Of a DNA stretch of 64,000 nucleotides, positions 56,696 to 64,000 are shown in pieces. Position numbers and translations under genes: made by a program. The notes under the pieces were generated by a model. That model was given only the letters and a program-made list of their open reading frames with translations. It was not told the origin of the DNA and ran no database searches. Positions within the stretch are counted from its first letter, which is position 1, and each line of letters opens with the position of its first letter. Source of the DNA: Mycobacteriales bacterium (GTDB lineage: Bacteria; Actinomycetota; Actinomycetes; Mycobacteriales; SCTD01); NCBI GenBank assembly GCA_030447385.1, contig JAUJOY010000002.1, positions 450,081-514,080 of the forward strand, in the 5' to 3' direction.

Positions 56696-58509
56696 GGAAC
56701 CACCGTACGTTCCGGCCGCCCATCCGCGCCGAGTCCGCGGGCGGCGTAGTAGCCCGACACCATGTCCCGCAGCCGCTCGGCTGTCAGGGCAGCGGTGCGG
56801 CCCGACCCGACCGTCAGGGTCGAGCTCAGGAAGCGCTCGGGCAGCCAGTCGTCCTCCGGCTGCCAGCCCTCACGGAGGTTGTACGCCCGCTTGGCCAGCA
56901 CGATGCGCTGCGCCGTCGCGCGCAGCTCGCCCGCGTCGAGGTCCCACCCGGTGACCAGCGACAGCAGCTGCGCCCACTGCGCGAACGGGTCGTCGAAGAC
57001 CTTGCGCAGGAACGAGCACAGGATCATCGAGTCCATCACCGCCGCGCGATCCTCGGACTCGATCGCCCCGCGCACGTGCTCGACCCCGCCGGCGAGGCGG
57101 TCCAGGTCGCCGGAGAGGTCGGCCTCGTACGCTCCGCTCCGGTTGTGGTCGGCGCCCCGCGCGTTGACGGCCATCCCGAGCGCCATCGCCTGCATGGTGC
57201 GCGGCTCGTAGCCGGGCAGCTCGAGGCCCTTCACCTGGGCGGCGAGCTCCAGGGACCCCTGCCCCACGACGCCCGCAGCGGCCCGGGAACCCCGCGCCAG
57301 CAGCGGGCCGATCCCAACGCCGGAGCCGATCTCGTCCAGTGCCCGCAGCACGGCTGCGCCGTCGCCGAAGCGCAGCCACGGCACGTCCAGCAACCCGCGC
57401 TCGACGCACTCCATCGCCCAGGCGATCGTGCCCCCGGCGGAGATCGTGTCGATGCCCAGCTCGTCGCAGCGGGCACTGGCCGCGAGCACCGCATCCGGAT
57501 CGGACACCCCGCACATCGGGCCCAGGGCGGAGACGTTCTGGTGCTCCATCCGCACCTTCCTGCCGCCCTTGTCGCGGTAGAGGTGCTCGCACCCGATGGA
57601 GCACGACGCGCACGACGACCGGGTGACGCCGCGCGCCTGCGCGAGCTCCTGCGCACCCAGCTGTGGCGCGCCCTCGAACACCGCCTCCTGGAAGTTGCGT
57701 GTGGGCAGGGTCGACAGGGCGTTGAAGGCCAGGACGTTGGCCATCGTCCCGAGCTCCCGGTACTTCGCGGTCGCCGAGCCGAGCGAGCGCGCGCGGAGGT
57801 CCTTCGCGGCCGCGAGAACCCCGGCAGGATCGGCGGGAGCCACCTTGGTGGTCGCGTGGACGGCCACGGCCTTGAGGTTCTTGCTGCCCATCACCGCGCC
57901 GAGGCCGCCCCGCCCGGCGTGCCTGCCGTCGTGCGAGATCGTGGCGTACGCGACGCCGCGCTCGCCGGCGGGGCCGATCGACGCCACCTGCCAGCCACCG
58001 CCGAGCCGCCGGCGGACCGCCGCCTCCGCGGCCGCCGCCGACGAGCCCCACTCCGCACCGGCGCTGGACAGCGTGACCTCGGAGCCGTGGATGCTGAGCA
58101 CCGACGGTCGCACGGCGCGTCCGACGAGGACGAGCGCGTCGTGGCCGGTGAGCTTGCCGCTGAGCGCGAAGTGGCTGGATGCGAGAGCATCGGTGAGCAG
58201 CCCGGTCAGCGGCGACTTGGCGAGCACCGCGAACTTGGCGCTCGTCGTCAGCGGGGTACCGACCAGCGGCGAGAAGACGAAGGCCAGCGGGGCCTCGGGG
58301 GAGAGCGGGTCGACCCCCGGCGGCCCCAGCTCGGTCAGCAGCCAGGTGCCGAGCCCGACCCCGCCGAGGTGGTCGCGCAGCACCCGCTCGGGAAGCGGCA
58401 GCACCCGCGTTGAGCCGTCGCCCACGTCGACGACGAGGGCGCGGCCGAAGTAGCCGCCGGGGACGCGGCTCCGACCCGCCTCCGGCTGCTCCACCTGCGC
58501 CTCACCCAC
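56692..58509 (-). CDS. aldehyde:ferredoxin oxidoreductase (AOR) family tungsto/molybdo-pterin enzyme
   Basis: 605 aa with ...GGYFGRALVVDVGDGS... (AOR N-domain start), ...GLGTWLL..., ...IGPAGE..., ...GRGGLGAVMGSKNLKAV... and CASCSIGC plus a later Cys (4Fe-4S ligands). GTG 58509 overlaps the upstream stop by 8 nt. GTG 58494 is an alternative start. Confidence 0.88.
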   Translation of the reverse strand: MGEAQVEQPEAGRSRVPGGYFGRALVVDVGDGSTRVLPLPERVLRDHLGGVGLGTWLLTELGPPGVDPLSPEAPLAFVFSPLVGTPLTTSAKFAVLAKSPLTGLLTDALASSHFALSGKLTGHDALVLVGRAVRPSVLSIHGSEVTLSSAGAEWGSSAAAAEAAVRRRLGGGWQVASIGPAGERGVAYATISHDGRHAGRGGLGAVMGSKNLKAVAVHATTKVAPADPAGVLAAAKDLRARSLGSATAKYRELGTMANVLAFNALSTLPTRNFQEAVFEGAPQLGAQELAQARGVTRSSCASCSIGCEHLYRDKGGRKVRMEHQNVSALGPMCGVSDPDAVLAASARCDELGIDTISAGGTIAWAMECVERGLLDVPWLRFGDGAAVLRALDEIGSGVGIGPLLARGSRAAAGVVGQGSLELAAQVKGLELPGYEPRTMQAMALGMAVNARGADHNRSGAYEADLSGDLDRLAGGVEHVRGAIESEDRAAVMDSMILCSFLRKVFDDPFAQWAQLLSLVTGWDLDAGELRATAQRIVLAKRAYNLREGWQPEDDWLPERFLSSTLTVGSGRTAALTAERLRDMVSGYYAARGLGADGRPERTVVP

Positions 58510-59344
58510 CCGCGTCCGCCGACAGGAACGCGACCACGTCGCCGCGAACGAGGGGGAGCTCGGGGTCCCGGGACATCTGGTCGCCGTTGAGGGCCGCCAG
58601 GATCTGCCGCGAGAGGGTCAGGCCCACGGCCTGCGCCGCCGCCGCCAGGGTCGCTGCTCGCGCCGCGCCACGGTCCCGGTCGCCACTGCGGGCGAGGACC
58701 CCGAACCGCTGCACGGTGACCTCCGGCGCCGGGCGATCGCGCGCCGCGGCGTAGTCCTCGGGCGAGTTGACGCCGCACACCGAGTCGAGGTCCGGGTCGA
58801 GTCTGGACAACGTCGGATCCGACAGCAGTGCGGCGTCGTCGAGCTCCACGACCACCGTGCCCTCCTGCAGGAACGCCGGCCGGAGCCGGTCCGCCGCCAC
58901 CAGCCCCCCGGCGTACCCGGCCATCGCCGTCCGATAGCAGGCGGCCAGCGGCTGGCGGTGCCCGCCGACCACGGGGAGGACGACGTCGGCCCCGTCGGCG
59001 TCCCGCGTCACCCGTCGGACGAAGGCCGGATGCAGCAGCGGCAGGTCGGTCGAGCAGACGAAGGCGGTCTCAGCCTCGTCCGCGAGCGCGGCCAGCCCCA
59101 CGGCGATCCCCTGCAGGGGACCGCGGCCCTCGGCCGGGTCGTCCAGGACCGAGATGCACGGCGGAAGCGCGGGCAGCGGCTGGCCCGGCGCCCGGACGAC
59201 GACGACCCGGCCGTCGACGCCACGGGACACGATCCCGGTGACCCGGCGAAGCAGCGTCGAGCCGTGCCACTCCAGGGCGGCTTTCGGGCTGCCCATGCGG
59301 GCCGAGCGACCACCGGCGAGCACCAGTCCGGCTGACGCGGCCAC
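58502..59344 (-). CDS. fusion protein: MobA-like molybdenum cofactor nucleotidyltransferase (N) plus MoaD/ThiS-like beta-grasp sulfur carrier ending in Gly-Gly (C)
   Basis: The N-terminus LVLAGGRSARMGSPKAAL... is the MobA LAGGxxxRMG motif. The C-terminal roughly 80 aa read ...EVTVQRFGVLAR...LVRGDVVAFLSADAGG*, which resembles MoaD ...DGDEVAFFPPVSGG*. It is a single uninterrupted high-GC3 frame (checked by hand). Confidence 0.7.
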   Translation of the reverse strand: MAASAGLVLAGGRSARMGSPKAALEWHGSTLLRRVTGIVSRGVDGRVVVVRAPGQPLPALPPCISVLDDPAEGRGPLQGIAVGLAALADEAETAFVCSTDLPLLHPAFVRRVTRDADGADVVLPVVGGHRQPLAACYRTAMAGYAGGLVAADRLRPAFLQEGTVVVELDDAALLSDPTLSRLDPDLDSVCGVNSPEDYAAARDRPAPEVTVQRFGVLARSGDRDRGAARAATLAAAAQAVGLTLSRQILAALNGDQMSRDPELPLVRGDVVAFLSADAGG

Positions 59345-59406
59345 GCCGTGCAGCGTACGTGGGCGCGTGATGGCCGCCTCCGGACGCAGGTGCGAGGATT
59401 TGCCGC

Positions 59407-59748
59407 ATGGCCTACGTGATCACCGCCACCTGCGTCGACGTCAACGACATGGCCTGCGTGGAGGAGTGCCCGGTCGACTGCATCTACGAGGGTGCGCGCA
59501 AGTCCTACATCCAGCCCTCCCAGTGCATCAACTGCGCCGCCTGCCAGCCGGTCTGCCCGGTCGACGCCATCTACTCGGCCCGCCAGCTTCCCGAGCACCT
59601 CGCTGTCGACCAGCAGGACAACCGCGCCTTCTTCGTCGAGGTCCTGCCGGGCCGGGACGCCCCTCTGGGGTCACCTGGCGGATCGCGCCGGACCGGCCCG
59701 GTCGGTGTCGACACCCCGCGCATCGCGGCGTTGCCGGCGCGGCCCTGA
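59407..59748 (+). CDS. fdxA: 7Fe-type ferredoxin (FdxA-like)
   Basis: MAYVITATCVDVNDMACVEECPVDCIY...CINCAACQPVCPVDAIY is the 3Fe-4S plus 4Fe-4S motif pattern. It is divergent from the mobA::moaD-AOR-selD operon with a 62-bp gap. Confidence 0.85.
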   Translation: MAYVITATCVDVNDMACVEECPVDCIYEGARKSYIQPSQCINCAACQPVCPVDAIYSARQLPEHLAVDQQDNRAFFVEVLPGRDAPLGSPGGSRRTGPVGVDTPRIAALPARP

Positions 59749-59764
59749 GGGCGGGGAGGCCCTC

Positions 59765-60547
59765 ATGCTCGACCTGACCGGGACGTCCTCGCTCGTCACC
59801 GGTGGCGCCTCCGGACTGGGGGAGGCCGCCGTACGGGCCCTCGCCGCCCGCGGCGCCCAGGTGGTGGTCGTCGACCTGCAGGACGACAAGGGGGAGGCGG
59901 TCGCCCGTTCCGTCGGCGGGAGCTACGTGCGCGCGGACGTCGCGGACAGCGCGCAGGTGATGGCGGCGGTCACGGCTGCGGGCGAGCTCGGTGCGCTGCG
60001 CACCCTCGTCACGGCCGCCGGCATCGGCTGGGCGAGCCGCACCGTCGGCCGGGACGGCTCGTTCGAGTCGGCCCATGACCTCGCCGTCTTCACGAAGGTC
60101 GTGGGGGTCAACCTGATCGGCACGTTCAACTGCATCCGGCTGGCGGCCACGGCCATGGGGCGCACGGTTCCCGTCGACGACGACGGCGCCCGCGGGGCGA
60201 TCGTCACGGTGGCGTCGATCGCCGCGTTCGACGGCCAGATCGGCCAGGCGGCCTACAGCGCGAGCAAGGGCGGCATCGTCGGCATGACCGTGCCGGTCGC
60301 CAGGGACCTCGCGGCGATCGGCGTACGCCTCAACTGCGTGGCGCCCGGCCTGTTCGACACCCCCATCTACGGCGAGGGCGAGGCGGCCGAGGCGTTCAAG
60401 GACAAGCTGCGTCGTGACGTGCTCTTCCCCAAGCGGCTCGGTCGGGCCGACGAGCTGGCGTCGATGGTGGTCGAGCTGCTGACCAACTCCTACGCCAACG
60501 CCGAGGTGATCCGCCTGGACGGGGGGGCGCGACTGCAGCCGAAGTAG
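59765..60547 (+). CDS. short-chain dehydrogenase/reductase (3-hydroxyacyl-CoA dehydrogenase type II-like)
   Basis: MLDLTGTSSLVTGGASGLG... with ...YSASKGGIVGMT... as the catalytic YxxxK. ATG 59765 lies within track ORF 59492..60547. Confidence 0.85.
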   Translation: MLDLTGTSSLVTGGASGLGEAAVRALAARGAQVVVVDLQDDKGEAVARSVGGSYVRADVADSAQVMAAVTAAGELGALRTLVTAAGIGWASRTVGRDGSFESAHDLAVFTKVVGVNLIGTFNCIRLAATAMGRTVPVDDDGARGAIVTVASIAAFDGQIGQAAYSASKGGIVGMTVPVARDLAAIGVRLNCVAPGLFDTPIYGEGEAAEAFKDKLRRDVLFPKRLGRADELASMVVELLTNSYANAEVIRLDGGARLQPK

Positions 60548-60553
60548 GCGCGG

Positions 60554-61300
60554 TCAGCTGTCCAGGACCGCGGTGAGGCCGGCCAGCAGCCGGTCGGCGA
60601 GCTCGGGCCGGCAGATCACGAGGTCGGGCAGCAGCGGGTCGCGCGAGTTGTAGACCAGGGCCGATCCGTCGAGGCGCGAGGTGTGCAGCCCCGCGGCCCG
60701 CGCCACGGCCACCGGTGCCGCCGAGTCCCACTCGTACATCCCGCCCGCGTGCACGTACGCGTCGGCCCGCCCCTGCAGCAGCGACATCGCCTTCGCGCCC
60801 GCCGACCCCAGCGGCACGACGTCCGCCCGGAGCCACGACGCCAGCGAGGACACGAAAGACGGCGCCCGGCTGCGACTCACGACGATCCGCAGCGGGTCGC
60901 CCGGTGGGAGGAGCGGCTCGGCGTGGGCGCTCGAGAAGGTACAGCCCTGCGCCGGGAGTGCCACCGCACCCGCGACGAGGTCCCCGGACTGCCACAGCGC
61001 CACGTGCACCGCCCAGTCCGCGCGCCCGGGCAGGGCGTACTCCTTGGTCCCGTCCAGCGGGTCGACGATCCAGACCCGCTCGCACTGCAGGCGGCGCTGG
61101 TCGTCGACGCCCTCCTCGGACAGCAGCGCGTCGTCCGGCCGGAGCTCGGCCAGGCGCGCTGCGAGCAGGTCGTGCGCACGGCGGTCACCCTCGTCACCGC
61201 GCACCTTCGGCGTCGCGTCGGCAAGCTCGGCGCGCACCTCCAGCAGCAGGCTCCCGGCAGCGGTGGCGAGCTCCGCAGCCAGCGCTGCGTCATCGGTCAC
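60554..61300 (-). CDS. cysQ: 3'(2'),5'-bisphosphate nucleotidase
   Basis: ...LSEEG..., ...WIVDPLDGTKEY... and ...WDSAAPVAVARAAG... are inositol monophosphatase family motifs. GTG 61300 lies 10 nt after the cysNC stop. The track ORF extension overlaps cysNC. Confidence 0.8.
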   Translation of the reverse strand: MTDDAALAAELATAAGSLLLEVRAELADATPKVRGDEGDRRAHDLLAARLAELRPDDALLSEEGVDDQRRLQCERVWIVDPLDGTKEYALPGRADWAVHVALWQSGDLVAGAVALPAQGCTFSSAHAEPLLPPGDPLRIVVSRSRAPSFVSSLASWLRADVVPLGSAGAKAMSLLQGRADAYVHAGGMYEWDSAAPVAVARAAGLHTSRLDGSALVYNSRDPLLPDLVICRPELADRLLAGLTAVLDS

Positions 61301-61310
61301 GCGTCGTTCG

Positions 61311-63233
61311 TCACGCGGGGCCCGGCTCGAGCCCGTCCAGGAGGCCCCGCCGCCGCAGCAGGTCGACGACCGCCTTCGCCGCCTGCTCCGGCGTCGACGC
61401 CGTGGTGTCGATGCGCAGCTCCGGGTGCTCGGGAGGCTCGTAGGGGGAGTCGATCCCGGTGAAGTCCGGCAGCTCGCCGCGCCGCGCCTTCGCATACAGC
61501 CCCTTGGTGTCCCGCGACTCCGCGACCTCCAGCGGCGCGTCGACGAACACCTCGACGAACTCGTCCGGCTCGACCAGGGCGCGCGCCGTCGCCCGCTCCG
61601 CCCGGAACGGCGAGATGAACGACGTCAGCACCACGAGGCCCGCGTCGACCATGAGCCGGCTCACCTCCCCGACCCGGCGGATGTTCTCGTGCCGGTCGCT
61701 GTTCCCGAAGCCGAGGTCGGAGTTGAGCCCGTGCCGGACGTTGTCGCCGTCGAGCAGGTAGGTGTGCACGCCGAGCGCGTGCAGCTGCTGCTCGACGAGG
61801 TCGGCGATCGTCGACTTCCCGGCTCCGGACAGCCCGGTGAACCACACGACGTACGGCCGGTGGCCCTTCAACGCCGCGTGCGCCCGCTTGTCGACCTCGA
61901 CCGCCTGCCAGTGCACGTTGTGCGAGCGGCGCAGCGGTGCGCGCAGCATGCCAGCGGCCACCGTGGCGTTGGTGAGCCGGTCGAGAACGATGAAGCCGCC
62001 CATGTCGCGGTTGTCGTCGTAGGGGTCGAAGGCGATCGCGCGGTCCAGGCGCAGGTCGCACACCCCGATCTCGTTGAGCCGCAGCGTCGTCCCTGGCGCC
62101 TGCTCGAAGGTGTTGACGTCGATGCGGAACTCCGGGCCGGACAGGGACGCGCCCACGGTCCGGGCGCCGACCTTCACCAGGTAGGCGCGCCCGGGCCGCA
62201 GCTCCTCCTCGGCCATCCACACGACGTGCGCCCGGAACTGGTCCGCGGCCGCCGCCGGCTCGTCGGCCGCGCACAGGACGTCGCCGCGGCTGCAGTCGAT
62301 CTCGTCCGCGAGGGTGAGGGTGACCGACTGCCCGGCCACGGCCGCGTCCAGGTCGCCGTCCAGGGTGACGATGCGCGCCACCGTGCTCGTGGTCCCCGCG
62401 GGCACGACCCGCACCCGGTCGCCGACGCGCACGGTTCCGCCGACGATCGGCCCCGCGAACCCGCGGAAGTCGAGGTCGGGCCGGCTGACCCACTGCACCG
62501 GCATCCGGAACGGCCCGGCCTGCCGGTCGTCGTCGACCTCGACCCCCTCGAGGTAGTCCATGAGCGTCGGCCCGGAGTACCACGGCATGTGCCCGCTGCG
62601 GGCGGTGATGTTCTCCCCGCGCAGGGCCGACATCGGGATGCAGGTGACGTCCGAGAGCCCGATCCCGGCGGCGACGTCGCGGTACTGCTCCTCGATCCGG
62701 TCAAACACGTCCTGCGAGTAGTCGACGAGGTCGAGCTTGTTGACCGCGACGGCGACCTTGCCGATGCCGAGCAGGCTGACGAGGTAGCTGTGCCGGCGGG
62801 TCTGCGTCAGCACGCCGTACCGCGCGTCGACGAGGATCACCGCGGCGTCGGCGGTCGAGGCGCCGGTGACCATGTTGCGGGTGTACTGCTCGTGGCCGGG
62901 GGTGTCGGCGACGATGAACTTGCGCGTCTCGGTGGAGAAGAAGCGGTACGCGACGTCGATCGTGATGCCCTGCTCGCGCTCCGCGCCGAGACCGTCGACG
63001 AGCAGGGCGAAGTCGAGCTCGTCCCCTTGCGTGCCGACCTTCTTCGAGTCGACCTCGAGAGCGGCCAGGTGGTCCTCGAAGACCATCTTCGACTCGTAGA
63101 GCAGTCGGCCGATCAGCGTGCTCTTGCCGTCGTCCACGCTGCCGCAGGTGAGGAAGCGCAGCAGGCTCTTGTGCTGGTGGGCGAGCAGGTAGGCGTCGAT
63201 GTCCTCGGCGATGAGGTCGGAGGTGTGGGCCAC
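61311..63233 (-). CDS. cysNC: bifunctional sulfate adenylyltransferase subunit 1 / adenylylsulfate kinase
   Basis: 640 aa. The N-terminal GTPase part has ...[21 protein letters not shown]... and ...DTPGHEQYT.... The C-terminal APS kinase part has ...[16 protein letters not shown].... Confidence 0.95.
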   Translation of the reverse strand: MAHTSDLIAEDIDAYLLAHQHKSLLRFLTCGSVDDGKSTLIGRLLYESKMVFEDHLAALEVDSKKVGTQGDELDFALLVDGLGAEREQGITIDVAYRFFSTETRKFIVADTPGHEQYTRNMVTGASTADAAVILVDARYGVLTQTRRHSYLVSLLGIGKVAVAVNKLDLVDYSQDVFDRIEEQYRDVAAGIGLSDVTCIPMSALRGENITARSGHMPWYSGPTLMDYLEGVEVDDDRQAGPFRMPVQWVSRPDLDFRGFAGPIVGGTVRVGDRVRVVPAGTTSTVARIVTLDGDLDAAVAGQSVTLTLADEIDCSRGDVLCAADEPAAAADQFRAHVVWMAEEELRPGRAYLVKVGARTVGASLSGPEFRIDVNTFEQAPGTTLRLNEIGVCDLRLDRAIAFDPYDDNRDMGGFIVLDRLTNATVAAGMLRAPLRRSHNVHWQAVEVDKRAHAALKGHRPYVVWFTGLSGAGKSTIADLVEQQLHALGVHTYLLDGDNVRHGLNSDLGFGNSDRHENIRRVGEVSRLMVDAGLVVLTSFISPFRAERATARALVEPDEFVEVFVDAPLEVAESRDTKGLYAKARRGELPDFTGIDSPYEPPEHPELRIDTTASTPEQAAKAVVDLLRRRGLLDGLEPGPA

Positions 63234-64000
63234 CTAGAAGTAGCCCTCCTGCTTCTTCTTCTCCATCGAGCCGGACGAGTCGTGGTCGATCGCCCGGCCC
63301 TGCCGCTCCGAGGTGGTCGCCAGGAGCATCTCCTGGATGATCGCCGGGAGCGTGTCGGCCAGGCTCTCGACGGCGCCGGTCAGCGGGTAACAGCCCAAGG
63401 TGCGAAAGCGCACGCTGCGCAGCTCGGGCCGCTCGTCCGGGCGCAGCGGCATCCGCTCGTCGTCGACCATGATCAGGACCCCGTCGCGCTCGACGACCGG
63501 CCGCTTGTCGGCGAAGTAGAGCGGGACGATGGGGATCGACTCCAGGTGGATGTACTGCCACACGTCGAGCTCGGTCCAGTTCGACAGCGGGAAGACGCGC
63601 ATGCTCTCGCCCGGGTTGCGGCGCACGTTGTAGACGCTCCACAGCTCGGGCCGCTGCAGCTTGGGGTCCCACCGGTGCTCGCGCGAGCGGATCGAGAACA
63701 CCCGCTCCTTGGCCCGCGACTTCTCCTCGTCGCGACGGGCGCCGCCGAACGCCGCGTCGAACCCGTGCAGGTCGAGCGCCTGCTTGAGGCCCTCGGTCTT
63801 CCAGATGTCGGTGTGGGCGGAGGAGCCGTGGTCGAAGGGGTTGATGCCGAGCCGCTCCGCCTCGGGGTTGCGGTGGACGAGCAGCTCGAGCCCGAGGTCG
63901 GCGACGTGCCGGTCGCGGAACTTGTACATCTCGCGGAACTTCCACGTCGTGTCGACGTGCAGCAGCGGGAACGGCGGCTTGGCCGGGAAGAACGCCTTGC
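63234..64000 (-). CDS. cysD: sulfate adenylyltransferase subunit 2 (C-terminal part; N-terminus beyond the right edge)
   Basis: ...[23 protein letters not shown]...[13 protein letters not shown]...[13 protein letters not shown]...KKKQEGYF*. The frame stays open upstream of the track's ATG through to position 64000. Confidence 0.92.
   Translation of the reverse strand, partial: KAFFPAKPPFPLLHVDTTWKFREMYKFRDRHVADLGLELLVHRNPEAERLGINPFDHGSSAHTDIWKTEGLKQALDLHGFDAAFGGARRDEEKSRAKERVFSIRSREHRWDPKLQRPELWSVYNVRRNPGESMRVFPLSNWTELDVWQYIHLESIPIVPLYFADKRPVVERDGVLIMVDDERMPLRPDERPELRSVRFRTLGCYPLTGAVESLADTLPAIIQEMLLATTSERQGRAIDHDSSGSMEKKKQEGYF

Overview
Very GC-rich (by eye above 70% G+C), gene-dense chromosomal segment whose gene order looks like core actinobacterial synteny. 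I found no rRNA, tRNA, CRISPR array, transposase or integrase. Left to right: pgi'-tal-tkt; ctaB and ctaA (heme O and heme A synthases) flanking an ATP-grasp gene; an ABC-2 exporter pair; a complete sufR-sufB-sufD-Rieske-sufC-sufS-sufU-sufT operon; a Zn peptidase; an ABC-F ATPase; an Fe(III)-type ABC importer; a small HTH protein; an acyl-CoA dehydrogenase; an ABC exporter; a SUFU-like protein; a PhoD-like phosphatase; an SDR and a Zn-ADH; a PRC-barrel/DUF2382 protein; a GH43; an acyl-CoA ligase; DUF1697; the full menaquinone set (menF, menD-menC, menB-menE-menA-DUF2237); a ydbS-ydbT-GH3 operon; a three-subunit membrane formate dehydrogenase; an OFA-family MFS transporter; an S8 protease; a mobA::moaD - aldehyde:ferredoxin oxidoreductase - selD operon with a divergent ferredoxin; an SDR; and cysQ-cysNC-cysD'. 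Most long ORFs in the track that lie antisense or out of frame to these genes are GC-driven shadow ORFs, and several track ORFs needed their starts moved. The region most worth follow-up is the Se/Mo(W) redox island at about 47.5-59.8 kb. There the FDH alpha subunit is intact only if TGA 48097-48099 is read as selenocysteine, with a SECIS-like hairpin downstream. selD is translationally coupled to an AOR-family enzyme and to an unusual MobA-MoaD fusion. I did not recognise a defence or mobile system. All functional calls come from my reading of the translated sequences and their motifs, not from database searches.
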